From: a virus
Virus record (IMG/VR): IMGVR_UViG_3300028388_002189
Location: 1 to 64,000 of that record
Reading direction: 5' to 3' (one strand)
DNA: 64,000 nt
The notes under the pieces: generated by a model
What the model was told of the DNA's origin: nothing
The model's input: only the letters and a program-made list of their open reading frames with translations
Databases searched by the model: none
In this document: positions 46,120 through 56,494 of the stretch, piece after piece
Layout of the letters: each line of letters starts with the position of its first letter
How positions within the stretch are numbered: the first letter of the stretch is position 1
Position numbers and translations under genes: made by a program

Positions 46120-47565
46120 TTATAATCCCTCGTTTAATACGTTGTGGTAAAGTCTACCAACATTACCAACAGCAGAGGAGTCCCAAGTGATATTAGTAGC
46201 CGACTCGTTACTGTCAGAGTGTGGGTAAGTATATAATACACCTGTATTACTTTCATTAGAAATTGACTCGGTGATTATGAGGTCTCCCGATTCGTCAGCG
46301 CCTCTACTTCTTGAATCATCAAAGGACTCTGAGACTGAAAGAGTCAAAGACTCATTGTATATGTCAGCTACTTGGACGCTAAAGTTTGCATAGTGAATCG
46401 CCAAGTAATCTAGGAGCCTTTCAATCTTTTCTTTAGCCAAGTCCCTTAGAAGAGGAGACCCATTACTAAGAGGAGAAGATAGATTAATCAAAACACCAAA
46501 GATGTTTAACCAAGTACTACCATCATGGATTACTCTGAATGGAGAAGAACTAGAGCCTGGGGTATATCCGTGATTAGGGTTAGACAGATCGGGAGTGCCA
46601 TTAAAAGGACTCGCGTTTACTTGATCCGCCCAAACACCATCCACCTGCTCATCCCAATCAGAAGGTGGGGTATTAGGATCTAATGCGTCTTCAGCAGTCG
46701 CTGTCGTGATCACATAGTCATAGCCAGACACCAACTCAACGTCCCAACCTGTGATCCTTTGAAGCACTAGCTCAAAAGCGTCGTTCGTACCCTTACTCTT
46801 CCAAACATTTACTGCGTCAGCAGTCTCAGATCTCCTTCTAGACTCTTTAAGTTCAAAGTTGGTGGGCCAACCTAGAATATTATCTATGTAAGGAATAAAA
46901 GCTGCGTCAACTTCGTTGATATCGAAACGCTTGCCTTTATATTGATTAATTCTCTCTTTGACTTCATCAAGAGGCTTACCCAATATTTGGCATAGTCTAT
47001 ACAGAGTGTCTGAGCCTTCAGACTTGTCTTTTATACGGATACCTCTTGGGAAGTAGTCAAACATCTGTTGACCTAGACTAGAGGAACCAGAGCTCAACGG
47101 AAACGCACGATCATGTCCATTAATAGGAGAGAATAACCAAGAAGTTACTCCTTGGTCACTTATCGCCTCGTAAAAGACAGTATAGTACCAAACTGTTCTT
47201 TCCTTACTGACGTCATGGTCGAGTAGGAGTTGATACTCGTTCAGTGTTAATCCAGATAAGTCTTGATCAAGCACAACGCTCGCTTGACTATCCGCAAAAG
47301 ACCTAGGGAACTCTTTTGGTTTCTTAAGGATCTTAGTGTTACCCGTAAGCGTGTAACCTTGTGGAGATGTCGGGAAAGCATAATTTACCCTTATATGGTC
47401 TCCGTTGACTACAACGTTAGGCTGATCCTCTTCGGGAATAGCACCAACAGTTAAGTTCGACTCTTCTACTTTAAGAGGAGCGTTAAAACCTAGTCTTGGC
47501 ACTGCTATCGTGCCGTCACCTATCTCTCGGACAAAAGCAAACTGCCAATATTCATGTGTAGCCAT
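46120..47565 (-). CDS. Baseplate wedge protein (P2 gpI-like)
   Basis: FIPYIDNILGW...WKSKGT...ITGW. Confidence 0.75.
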   Translation of the reverse strand: MATHEYWQFAFVREIGDGTIAVPRLGFNAPLKVEESNLTVGAIPEEDQPNVVVNGDHIRVNYAFPTSPQGYTLTGNTKILKKPKEFPRSFADSQASVVLDQDLSGLTLNEYQLLLDHDVSKERTVWYYTVFYEAISDQGVTSWLFSPINGHDRAFPLSSGSSSLGQQMFDYFPRGIRIKDKSEGSDTLYRLCQILGKPLDEVKERINQYKGKRFDINEVDAAFIPYIDNILGWPTNFELKESRRRSETADAVNVWKSKGTNDAFELVLQRITGWDVELVSGYDYVITTATAEDALDPNTPPSDWDEQVDGVWADQVNASPFNGTPDLSNPNHGYTPGSSSSPFRVIHDGSTWLNIFGVLINLSSPLSNGSPLLRDLAKEKIERLLDYLAIHYANFSVQVADIYNESLTLSVSESFDDSRSRGADESGDLIITESISNESNTGVLYTYPHSDSNESATNITWDSSAVGNVGRLYHNVLNEGL

Positions 47566-49466
47566 TAGATGCCCCCTAGATAGGTGAGCTTAAACTGACT
47601 CTGAATAAGTCTCCCATCATTTTGGATGGGTGCAACAACGATCTCATGTGGTCGAGTTTCAATGTTCCCTAAATAGTTATCAACAGAGAACTCCCAACTA
47701 TCCCCATAAGAAGGAGTAACAACGCCTACATCAATCGCAATCTTAAACTGATCTTCTTGAGAAGGCTCTGTTTCACTTGGACTTTGGTTGTAGATGGACA
47801 CCAAGTTGCTTGCTTGGGTTAAGAAGGTCTCAATGTTACCGTTGATATCTGTGACAAGATTACCATCAGACTTCCTAAGTCTAAACGAGTCTGCGTTTAA
47901 CCACTCTACTGTGTAGGTCTCTCTGCGCATCTGGGGTTTGATGTCCGTCACGTTCAAAGTTGCGCCTTCAAAGGCGACTTCGTTCCCACTCAAAAATCTA
48001 AGTCGGGGTAACCTATGGAATGCAGTGACATTCACATAGTCCACACCTCTAGTATTTTCGATAGCCTGTACGACAGCAGACATTGGAATATCCTCGCCAA
48101 AGTCGTCTGTGATCTTGTTGAATAAGACTTGTAATGCTTGGTCAACATCAAACTCTACGGTCTGCCTTAGCAAGTTCGGATAAACATGGATGGTAGCCTC
48201 TAAGAAAGGATTGACCGCTGTTGGCTTTAATACCGACAAGCGTGTGGGTACAGGTTTCTTTTGATTTAACCACCGACCGACTGCGCCTACCGTCCCATAC
48301 CCATTTTGAAGACGATCAAACCACTTACCGTCGGGTATCGGATTTTCCCCTTCGACAGCGACATATACATTAACCTCTAAAGGAGAGTCTCCTTGAACGG
48401 CTCTAGCAGTTCTAATCGCACGACCAGGTGTTTGAAGAGATAGTGTCTCAAAGTCTTCTAGAGTTACGCAACGGTCAAGCGCCCTAAGAGTCAAAGGTGC
48501 TCGTTTCTTTGCAGTGACAATATCTTCGGGATCGCTGCCCCCAGAAGGTTGACTCACGTTGTAGACTTCAGTCACTCCTTCTAAGTTGTCGTACTCTATG
48601 ATGCTACCAATGCCCGCTCTGTTGGTGAACTCACCCCCATCAACACGATAAGAGGCTATGATTGTAGAGTTCACAGAAGGAATACGACCATTAACACCAT
48701 CGCCAAACTTGATCAGAACTTCCTGTGTATCTAAGAATCGATACACAAACACATTATCATCGGGTTCTGTTCCTAAGAATGATGTTCTTGCTTCATAGAT
48801 ATCCCCATTTATGATCACTTTTATAGACTCGGCACCATTGACACCTAAGCACACAGGAGAACTTGGTAGAAGGAATACTTGATCGGGATTACCGTTCGAT
48901 ACTCCAATACCTTCTGTTACAGACCTCCCTGCGACAAAGATTAAACGATCGTCTACTGCGCTTGGCTCAGCAAAGATCCTAGTAACTTTGGACTGCTCGT
49001 AAGATAAGCAATATAAGCCCGCAGGTCCTAGTTGGACGTCTTCAGTCAGTTCATATTCTAAAGGATCAACATCTCCACCTTCAGACGTCCTAACCTTAAA
49101 CCCTGTCGGCAAGGTAACATTATCAAGATTAGTGCGAACCACCATACCTACAGTCGCAGGAGTCGCTGGCGCGAGTTCGTAACCAATCAGCCTTAATAAG
49201 TCTACAACAGCTTCTCTAGTCTGTGCAGTTGCAAGATAGGATTCGTTTTGAGCTCTATCTAGTTGGTACGAGAGAATGTCTGCGACATATGCCATAGACT
49301 CGATCAGAGTAACTCCGATATCACCAGGTTCTCTATCCGTCCATTCGGGAGTCAAGGTATCGGCTAACTTCAACATCTCCGCTCTTAGAGCATCATAATC
49401 TCTAGCGGTATAGTCGATCTGAATAGGCAATCCACCTAGCGAGGTCGTTGGATTTCTTAAAGGCAT
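47565..49466 (-). CDS. Baseplate J-like protein
   Basis: DYTARDYD, PEWTD..DIGVTLIE, FGDGVNGRIP, DRCVTLEDF. Confidence 0.92.
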   Translation of the reverse strand: MPLRNPTTSLGGLPIQIDYTARDYDALRAEMLKLADTLTPEWTDREPGDIGVTLIESMAYVADILSYQLDRAQNESYLATAQTREAVVDLLRLIGYELAPATPATVGMVVRTNLDNVTLPTGFKVRTSEGGDVDPLEYELTEDVQLGPAGLYCLSYEQSKVTRIFAEPSAVDDRLIFVAGRSVTEGIGVSNGNPDQVFLLPSSPVCLGVNGAESIKVIINGDIYEARTSFLGTEPDDNVFVYRFLDTQEVLIKFGDGVNGRIPSVNSTIIASYRVDGGEFTNRAGIGSIIEYDNLEGVTEVYNVSQPSGGSDPEDIVTAKKRAPLTLRALDRCVTLEDFETLSLQTPGRAIRTARAVQGDSPLEVNVYVAVEGENPIPDGKWFDRLQNGYGTVGAVGRWLNQKKPVPTRLSVLKPTAVNPFLEATIHVYPNLLRQTVEFDVDQALQVLFNKITDDFGEDIPMSAVVQAIENTRGVDYVNVTAFHRLPRLRFLSGNEVAFEGATLNVTDIKPQMRRETYTVEWLNADSFRLRKSDGNLVTDINGNIETFLTQASNLVSIYNQSPSETEPSQEDQFKIAIDVGVVTPSYGDSWEFSVDNYLGNIETRPHEIVVAPIQNDGRLIQSQFKLTYLGGI

Positions 49467-49475
49467 GGTCTTCTC

Positions 49476-49841
49476 CTATAGGTAGAACGTCAAGTTCTCA
49501 AACTCGGTACTCGTATCTAGTTTGATGGTCATGTTAACGATTAACTGCCCATCAATGTCTGGTTGCGCTAACTCCACATCGAGAACGGATACCCTACTCT
49601 CTCCCGCTTCAACGCCCATTCTTATTCTGTGCTTCAACAGTTGACTCTCTGAGAAGTCTAAGTTTCTAAATAAGGCTTGATGACCTAAAGACCCCACTGA
49701 GGGGTTCATCAAACGCTCCCCAATGGAGGTTAAAACAATGGCTCTTATGTTCTCTTTGATCTTATCAACACCTTCAGATGTGCGCAAAGATCCTCGACTA
49801 TTGAACCTAAGAGGAAAGGATAACCCTTTTAGTAATGGCAT
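49476..49841 (-). CDS. gp25/GPW-like baseplate protein
   Basis: GLSFPLR, LTSIGERLMNP..GS, ESRV. Confidence 0.9.
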   Translation of the reverse strand: MPLLKGLSFPLRFNSRGSLRTSEGVDKIKENIRAIVLTSIGERLMNPSVGSLGHQALFRNLDFSESQLLKHRIRMGVEAGESRVSVLDVELAQPDIDGQLIVNMTIKLDTSTEFENLTFYL

Positions 49842-49852
49842 AGTAAGTCTCC

Positions 49853-51130
49853 TTAAGCCTCAAAGTTGTTAGCATTATAGTCGTCTGGTCGGTTAACGTC
49901 AGTCCGAATAAGACTTGTAGGGAATCTCTCCGCCGCTCTGTCTAAGGTATCTTCTACTTGATCAACTTCTTTGACGAACGACTTAAACATATTAACAATA
50001 TTTTCATAGTTCACAGTTGGATTAGGTGCTTGGACATGGAGAAGCACAGCACCACTATAGAGTATTTCTTTACCCGTCCTTAACTTTTCGTCAGTAACAA
50101 TACCTCTATCACGAAGGAGATCTTCGACTTTATTACTTAACGAGGACTGAGGATAGTTAGGATGGTTAACGCTGTTCATCAATGCCCGACTAAAGTCTTG
50201 ATCTTTACCAGTGCCAGATAGCACTAAAACGGCGTTCGCATCCCCAAAAGCAAACAGTTGAGCGATACCGTTTATAGCGTCAAGGATTGCTTGTACCCTA
50301 TTAGATATAATGTTTACCCTACGTCGTGCAAGTTCAAGTATTTCACTTATGGCATCAAGTCTCGACTTGGCGCTTGATAGACCATTGATTGCCTCTGTAA
50401 GTGCGACAACTAAGTTTTTTATCGCCCCAAACTCTAAGAGGTCTATCTTGTAGTTGAAGTCGGGAGCAGAACCTTGTCCGCCCTTCAAAACACTATCGAG
50501 GTCTAAGACCTCCGTGACTGCGCTGTACTTTGTAGACGTAAAACCATCGAACAGGTCTTCACCTATCCCCTCAATCTGACTCTTTAGCCTACCAAATACA
50601 TTTAATAACTCTTCTATATTAGGAAGACTCCAAAGGGCAAGGAGAGCTACTGCGGAAGTATCTGATACTGTGACAGGTCTATTACCATCCTCTAGGTCTG
50701 TATACGCATTAGCTACGTCATAGAGGATTTCGTCGGGAGTACGCCTTGACTTTGGACTGCTTGGGAAGTGGTAAAGTGTGCTTATGGATAACCCTGTAAA
50801 TAAGTTTAGAATACCTGTCACTACTTCTCTGAGAGCAGTTATGAAGGCGGAAAAGGCATCTGTAGCAAAGCCTAATGCGATCGCCACAATATCAACAATA
50901 ACCTCTAGGGTTTCAATCAAAGCGTTGATTGTAAATGCTACGTTATCTACGCCTTCTACTACGCTGGCAATTGAATCTACGTCTATCCCTATGACCTCAA
51001 GAACCTCTGAGAGATTTATCCCTTTACCCCATCGCAATTCAAAAGGAGTATCTCCGTACTCTTTGACGTATTCTTTCCAAGTTGACTCCCTAGTCAACCC
51101 TCTCTGTCTTGATTCTATGGGACTTGTCAT
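49853..51130 (-). CDS. Hypothetical virion protein
   Basis: 425-aa helical ORF within the baseplate cluster. Confidence 0.65.
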   Translation of the reverse strand: MTSPIESRQRGLTRESTWKEYVKEYGDTPFELRWGKGINLSEVLEVIGIDVDSIASVVEGVDNVAFTINALIETLEVIVDIVAIALGFATDAFSAFITALREVVTGILNLFTGLSISTLYHFPSSPKSRRTPDEILYDVANAYTDLEDGNRPVTVSDTSAVALLALWSLPNIEELLNVFGRLKSQIEGIGEDLFDGFTSTKYSAVTEVLDLDSVLKGGQGSAPDFNYKIDLLEFGAIKNLVVALTEAINGLSSAKSRLDAISEILELARRRVNIISNRVQAILDAINGIAQLFAFGDANAVLVLSGTGKDQDFSRALMNSVNHPNYPQSSLSNKVEDLLRDRGIVTDEKLRTGKEILYSGAVLLHVQAPNPTVNYENIVNMFKSFVKEVDQVEDTLDRAAERFPTSLIRTDVNRPDDYNANNFEA

Positions 51131-51404
51131 GTGGTTTTCTGCCTTGCGCCTTCATTAAATGTGCTCGTATGAGGGCGACCGCAGAAGTCATCTCCTTCTT
51201 TGCGCTTGCCCAAGCAATAAACTCTAGTGTGTCTTTAACTGTTGATTTTACTATCGTAGCGTCGGTACGTCTACCATTGATCAGATCGTTTACTGCATTA
51301 AGGCGAGAAGTTAAGTCTTCTGCATACGACTCCATTGATAAGCCGCGTTGATCCCAAGGTGTGGGAATACAGTTCTCTAATTTCTTTATTGTATCTTCGT
51401 CCAT
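51090..51404 (-). CDS. Hypothetical protein
   Basis: ORF in tail operon. Confidence 0.55.
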   Translation of the reverse strand: MDEDTIKKLENCIPTPWDQRGLSMESYAEDLTSRLNAVNDLINGRRTDATIVKSTVKDTLEFIAWASAKKEMTSAVALIRAHLMKAQGRKPHDKSHRIKTERVD

Positions 51405-51428
51405 GACTCACCGAGTTGTTGAAAAGTT

Positions 51429-51758
51429 TTAACTTAGCGTACCTATGCCTGTGCCAGTACCTGTCGCTGTTCCTATGATTGGTGCAGGATTTGACTGTGC
51501 AACCGCTGTACCTGTTACGTTAACAGTACCTGTTGGATTAGTAGTCGTCGAGGTAGTTGTCACGTTGGTGTTTACAGTAGCGGTCAATATCCAAGCATGA
51601 ATCGCTGTGGCATACGCTTGTGATCTTTGTTCTATAGCTGTTAACGTTACGGGATCTATCACAGGTGGAATAGCGCCCCTCGCTGCATACTGTTGATTAA
51701 GAAAGTTAATATCTACTTGAGCTAACGCCTGTCCTAAAGTTACGGGATTCAAAGCCAT
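51429..51758 (-). CDS. Small spike-associated protein
   Basis: Thr/Gly-rich C-terminus GTATGTGTGIG; follows the spike gene. Confidence 0.6.
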   Translation of the reverse strand: MALNPVTLGQALAQVDINFLNQQYAARGAIPPVIDPVTLTAIEQRSQAYATAIHAWILTATVNTNVTTTSTTTNPTGTVNVTGTAVAQSNPAPIIGTATGTGTGIGTLS

Positions 51759-51761
51759 GTC

Positions 51762-53153
51762 TTATGCCTTACTTAAATATACACACTCTGAGAGTATTAG
51801 AGGTTGTGTGGGAGTTGGAGTTAAGAAGGTCGCCCTTGCGCTAGTGATTGCTGTTTGGGCAGCGATAGAGGCAGTAGCTAAAACAGGGTTAGGACCGCCA
51901 AAACCAGGAGTTACGCCACCAGAACTCATCGTTGAGAAGAAAACGTCAAGCGAAGACAATAAAGCCTCCATGAATAGTTGGAGTTGAGTACCCATAACCG
52001 CAGGTTCTTTGATTAAAGGAACGCTTGTTGCACCCATTAAAGGAATCGTGTTTAGTAAGTTACCTAGATAAACATGACCGCCTAGTGCAGCAGGTACACC
52101 ACCTCTTAAGTTAATACCATATCTTGCAATACCTGCGATATCCGCACTCGATATCGTGACATTTCCGTTAAGTCCTTGAACAGACAACGAGTCCTGTGCA
52201 AAGATTCCTGTAGTAATAGAAGTCGCATTAGAGAAACTCATAAACCCTTTGGACGCGCTAACAAGATCAATGTTACCAAAAGAGTTAACAGATAGGTCGC
52301 CCCCAGAAGACAGATCTAATAAGTTAGCCATTGTCGCTTTCAAAGACCCACCGTCTACTTGAACTAGACCTTCAATCGTCGCTTGAAGGCTGTCAGAAGA
52401 AGAAACAACAGGTCCAGACACATCTACTTGTTTTGTCCCAAGTATCTGCGAGGTGTAGTTGCCATCCACAGTTTCTGTATGAGAGCCCACCTCTTCTACT
52501 CGGTTATCAATTACGACCTCTTTACGATGCTTTGATCTTGTTAGCACCTTAGACTCTGTAACAATATTGATGGAACCGTCGGGCAGAATCTCAATATGAG
52601 CGCCATTCGCATGGTGTAGTTGTATACGCTCTCCGCCATCAGTGTCGTCGAACTCAAGACGGTGACCTGTCTTAGTCTGTAAGATTGTAACCTCACCATA
52701 CTCCCCTTCAAAAGAAGAAGTCGGTACACCATAACGACCTTTCAAAGCACCGTAGTCCGACCCGTCAAAGTGCCCTCGACCATGAGCAGGAACTGAGCTC
52801 GGTTCGCGCTGAAACGCATCACTCTGTTCTAAGTCAGATCCGTCACTTAGATGTCCATCTGTTACCAGATCAAAGTAACCACCCGAATAAATAGGGTAAG
52901 AAGTTAAACCTTCTTCACACTCAATCCAAACAACAGAACCGACAGGAGGGACTGAGAAAAACCCACAATCACGACCTCCGTAAAAAGGCATACAAGGAAG
53001 TGCCCAAGGCGACTCACCCGCTCCATAGAGCTCTACATTTTCAACCTTTATTCGACCTCTACGCTCTGGGTCTTGATTGTTAGAGACCCTCGCTTTTCTC
53101 TTACCGTATACACGCCCATAATAGCGTCTTTCGTATTCATTCTCGTCTATCAT
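51762..53153 (-). CDS. Baseplate central spike (gp5/VgrG/gpV-like)
   Basis: DPERRGRIKV, WALPC, PPVGSVVW, TGHRLEFDDT, beta-helix repeats. Confidence 0.9.
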   Translation of the reverse strand: MIDENEYERRYYGRVYGKRKARVSNNQDPERRGRIKVENVELYGAGESPWALPCMPFYGGRDCGFFSVPPVGSVVWIECEEGLTSYPIYSGGYFDLVTDGHLSDGSDLEQSDAFQREPSSVPAHGRGHFDGSDYGALKGRYGVPTSSFEGEYGEVTILQTKTGHRLEFDDTDGGERIQLHHANGAHIEILPDGSINIVTESKVLTRSKHRKEVVIDNRVEEVGSHTETVDGNYTSQILGTKQVDVSGPVVSSSDSLQATIEGLVQVDGGSLKATMANLLDLSSGGDLSVNSFGNIDLVSASKGFMSFSNATSITTGIFAQDSLSVQGLNGNVTISSADIAGIARYGINLRGGVPAALGGHVYLGNLLNTIPLMGATSVPLIKEPAVMGTQLQLFMEALLSSLDVFFSTMSSGGVTPGFGGPNPVLATASIAAQTAITSARATFLTPTPTQPLILSECVYLSKA

Positions 53154-53155
53154 AT

Positions 53156-55624
53156 TTATAACAAGTCCCTTGTAGCAGAATACCTAGTAGCCTCAACTCG
53201 ACCTTGAGTCTGCAACCTTGCCTCTTCTTTTTTAGCTTCAGCTTCGATCTTTGCTCTTTCTTTATCCTGTTCTCTTGCTATAGCATCCATATCTCTTATC
53301 TGAATCTTATCCTCTGAATTCGGTCTCTCATCGCCCGCAGCTTTACGAGTTGAATCACTGCCCTTAGAGGTATTCCGACCTGTACCACTTATCCGAGATT
53401 TACCATAAGAGTTCTTCTGTTTAGCCGTTGCTTTTCGACATACGATCCGAGTGTTAAAACCACTAGTTGAGATAGAGTGCTCTTCCTTAGCAATGTACCA
53501 CACACCATCTAGCTTCTCATATAGATCAACAATTTCAATCAACTTACCAACGCGCATGGTCCAATCGCCTGCTTTAAGGTCAACGGTTAACTTAGTGACT
53601 GCCTTTTTACTACGCCCTGTTCCACTCCCACGCTTTTGGGAAACAGGTTCAAAAGAAGCAGCACCTACGCTACCATCTGTAGACGACGTAGTATCTGAAG
53701 TGTTCTTTTCTTGTTCCCCATCCTTAGCATTAGGTTTACTTGGATCTTTTCTAGTCTTAGTAGGCACACTCCGTGTTTGTATTTCTATCTGCGCTTGAGT
53801 ATAAGTCCCCTTTTGAAACTGCCTTACACGATATTTGAAGGAGCCATCTTTATTAAGTTCTTTCGCCTGTTCCTGTAATGCTTGGAGTTCTTCTCTATAG
53901 TCGTCACCCCTCTCAGTGTTTAGGTACTCAGTCCTAACCAAAGTGGCTTTAGTTTGAGGTGCCCTTTCCCAAACATAAACGTCTTCTGTCTCTTCACCTT
54001 CGGGAGCATCTTCATCCCCTGTAGGTTTGGCTTCAACAGTAGTCGTCGGCGGGGTATTGTCTTTCTTCTGTTTATCTTCTTCCTTTTTCTCTCTCGCTTC
54101 TTTCTGTTCGGGAGTTTCTTTGCCTATCGTGTATTGAACTAGTCTAACCTTACCCTCCTCAGTTACACCCAAGATCTTACCAATGACATTACCCGCAATA
54201 ACTCCCCTAACAAATGTTTTGTACCCCTCTGCGCCAAGTACCTTTTCTTCGGATTCTAGAATCCGATGACCTTTAGGTAACTTGGTTACCTTTTTAACTA
54301 CAACTGACGTTAGATATACATCGGCAGGGTCTGTTTCGGGTGTACCATTCTGAGTATTGAAAACTTCTACTCTGTAGCCGTCTTCTGCCTTCCAAACCTT
54401 AGCGGCATTCAAAAGCACATTTGCATCGCTTGGTTCTTTAGTTCTGTCGTCATTCTTACCACTATCGTTTGTAGGATATCTACTAAACCTCCAATATCCC
54501 TTAGCTTGACCAGAAGCACTACTGGGACCTAGTTCAAAGCGAGTGTTATTGTATACTACAGGTCCTGCAACCACTACTGTAAACGTCGTGTTAGGAGCAC
54601 TTCCGTCACCCTTCGCCCAAGTTTGATTTAAGGGCTTAGACCCTTTCGGTGAAGTTCCTTTCTTCTTAGGAAACTTCGTACTTAAAGATACTTTTGAGAT
54701 ATTAGAAGCAGGGTAACCGTAAAGCATCTTAGTGGGCTTCTGCCCACGTTTGACTAGCTCTTTTTTGAAAGGTGTTGAAAATTTCAAAGCGCCAAGTTCT
54801 GGATTAAAAAACATCTCTACGTCAGCTAACTGAGTCGCCACAGTTAATCCAAAACCTAAATCTTGTCCCGATAGCGTGATCGGTCTTGTTTGCTCGTCTA
54901 TGATTCTTTGGTATTCCTCTTCTAAGAGTTGACTGTAATCTGTACTAATATCTACTAGAGACGCAATCGTGTCTACGGCAGACAAGCCATACTCATTGCT
55001 AAACACTTCGGCGCTTGTTGTTGCTGATAAGCGACTACCTATCGCACCTTTAACACTTAGTATGGCAGTACCTTCATCAAACTTAATACCTCGCTCGACG
55101 ACACGCAAGTTACGCCAACGTGTATGCGCTTTAGAATACCCCCACTTTACACTGAACCTTTTACCTATGCGGAACTTATCCAAATTATTGGCAGTCGAAG
55201 CGCCATCTTTATATAAAGCACCAACCTCTAGTTTGTTCTTGTAGTCTGGGATATATAGTTCAAAGGCGACCGTAGGGTACTTACCAACCTCATTAGTAAA
55301 GGAGATCGACTTTAAAGAATAAGTTGTCGGACGATAAGAACCACCCTTAGAACCAAACAACTGAAAGGAAGCGTCAAACTCTTCCTCGCTGTCTAAAGTC
55401 ACCCAAGCATAAGGTTCTAGATCTAACTCACCTATTTGACTATGTAGAGGCAGATTAAACCGATCGTTTTCACCTAAATAGTTACGATCTTCGATTTCCG
55501 CTTCTATATTTATAGGTATGTAAGACTTCTTAGTCTTTGCGAAAACTCGCCTTCTACTCTTTCGGGGAGTCCTCTTCTTAGTCGTGACTTTAGCCTTTGG
55601 CTTTTTGGGTGTTGGTTTTCCCAT
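53156..55624 (-). CDS. Baseplate hub (gp27/gpD-like) with large insertion
   Basis: VKWGY near N-terminus; GDWTMRVGKLI..DGVWYI..EHSISTSGFNT near C-terminus. Confidence 0.7.
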   Translation of the reverse strand: MGKPTPKKPKAKVTTKKRTPRKSRRRVFAKTKKSYIPINIEAEIEDRNYLGENDRFNLPLHSQIGELDLEPYAWVTLDSEEEFDASFQLFGSKGGSYRPTTYSLKSISFTNEVGKYPTVAFELYIPDYKNKLEVGALYKDGASTANNLDKFRIGKRFSVKWGYSKAHTRWRNLRVVERGIKFDEGTAILSVKGAIGSRLSATTSAEVFSNEYGLSAVDTIASLVDISTDYSQLLEEEYQRIIDEQTRPITLSGQDLGFGLTVATQLADVEMFFNPELGALKFSTPFKKELVKRGQKPTKMLYGYPASNISKVSLSTKFPKKKGTSPKGSKPLNQTWAKGDGSAPNTTFTVVVAGPVVYNNTRFELGPSSASGQAKGYWRFSRYPTNDSGKNDDRTKEPSDANVLLNAAKVWKAEDGYRVEVFNTQNGTPETDPADVYLTSVVVKKVTKLPKGHRILESEEKVLGAEGYKTFVRGVIAGNVIGKILGVTEEGKVRLVQYTIGKETPEQKEAREKKEEDKQKKDNTPPTTTVEAKPTGDEDAPEGEETEDVYVWERAPQTKATLVRTEYLNTERGDDYREELQALQEQAKELNKDGSFKYRVRQFQKGTYTQAQIEIQTRSVPTKTRKDPSKPNAKDGEQEKNTSDTTSSTDGSVGAASFEPVSQKRGSGTGRSKKAVTKLTVDLKAGDWTMRVGKLIEIVDLYEKLDGVWYIAKEEHSISTSGFNTRIVCRKATAKQKNSYGKSRISGTGRNTSKGSDSTRKAAGDERPNSEDKIQIRDMDAIAREQDKERAKIEAEAKKEEARLQTQGRVEATRYSATRDLL

Positions 55625-55634
55625 ATATACCCCC

Positions 55635-55964
55635 TTAGTAAGCGTTTACTTCAGTATTAGGAGGAATCATAACCTTATCACCCTCTTTTAAGTAAGAGGC
55701 ATCGATTAAAGGATTATAGTCAGCGATAAACCACCATAAACGAGCGTCTCCGTAGTAATGAAGCGCTAACTTGTGGATCGTTTCACCTTGCTTTACTGTA
55801 TGGTTGAGAAGTTCAAGGACAGATCTGTAGGTAGTAGGTCTTAAGAGACAAGTTAAAACTTCCTTCTCGGGTGCGCTCTCAATAGACCTAGCCTCTTCCT
55901 TGTACTCAAAGTAAGTCACAAAACCGTATTCTTTATAACGACTCTTTCGTGTAATGAGACTCAT
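55635..55964 (-). CDS. LysM/tail X protein
   Basis: HTVKQGETIHKLALHYYGDARLWWFIADYN. Confidence 0.9.
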   Translation of the reverse strand: MSLITRKSRYKEYGFVTYFEYKEEARSIESAPEKEVLTCLLRPTTYRSVLELLNHTVKQGETIHKLALHYYGDARLWWFIADYNPLIDASYLKEGDKVMIPPNTEVNAY

Positions 55965-56476
55965 GAATAACCCCCTTGTACTTTCAACATAGAGACATCA
56001 GTAGACAACCCAGAACTTATCACAGTACATTCTATGGCAGCCGTTAGTCGTATCGGAGCTAAAGTTGTCTTATGATACTGAGTGGTCGTTATATCAATAC
56101 GATCAATCGCCACATGGAACATCCCATATTGTTTAAGATCTAGTAAGTATTTATGAGGCTTGACCTGTTCATAATAAGTTAAACGAGTAATATGCTTAGG
56201 TAGCGTCAGTCTTCTAAGACTTTTTAACTGCTTAGTCACGCCTGTGTGATCAAACATAAACAGTTCAAAAGATAACTTTGTAGGTTCCGCCATACCATAT
56301 TGAGCAAGAGGCATCATCTGACCTTGACCTTCTGAGTAGTTGTACTTAACACCTCTCTGCTCAGAGATACTCGATGGGTTAAAATCAAATATTAGTTCAT
56401 GATTCTCTTGATTAGTACTGTTGGTAACGGAGAGAAGCCGACCCTTAGTAGATTTTGGCTGTGCGCTAGAGATCAT
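55961..56476 (-). CDS. Tail tube initiator (CIS-tube-like)
   Basis: FDFNPSSI, LSFELFMFD, PIRLTA. Confidence 0.8.
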   Translation of the reverse strand: MISSAQPKSTKGRLLSVTNSTNQENHELIFDFNPSSISEQRGVKYNYSEGQGQMMPLAQYGMAEPTKLSFELFMFDHTGVTKQLKSLRRLTLPKHITRLTYYEQVKPHKYLLDLKQYGMFHVAIDRIDITTTQYHKTTLAPIRLTAAIECTVISSGLSTDVSMLKVQGGYS

Positions 56477-56494
56477 TTATAACTCCTAAGTTGC

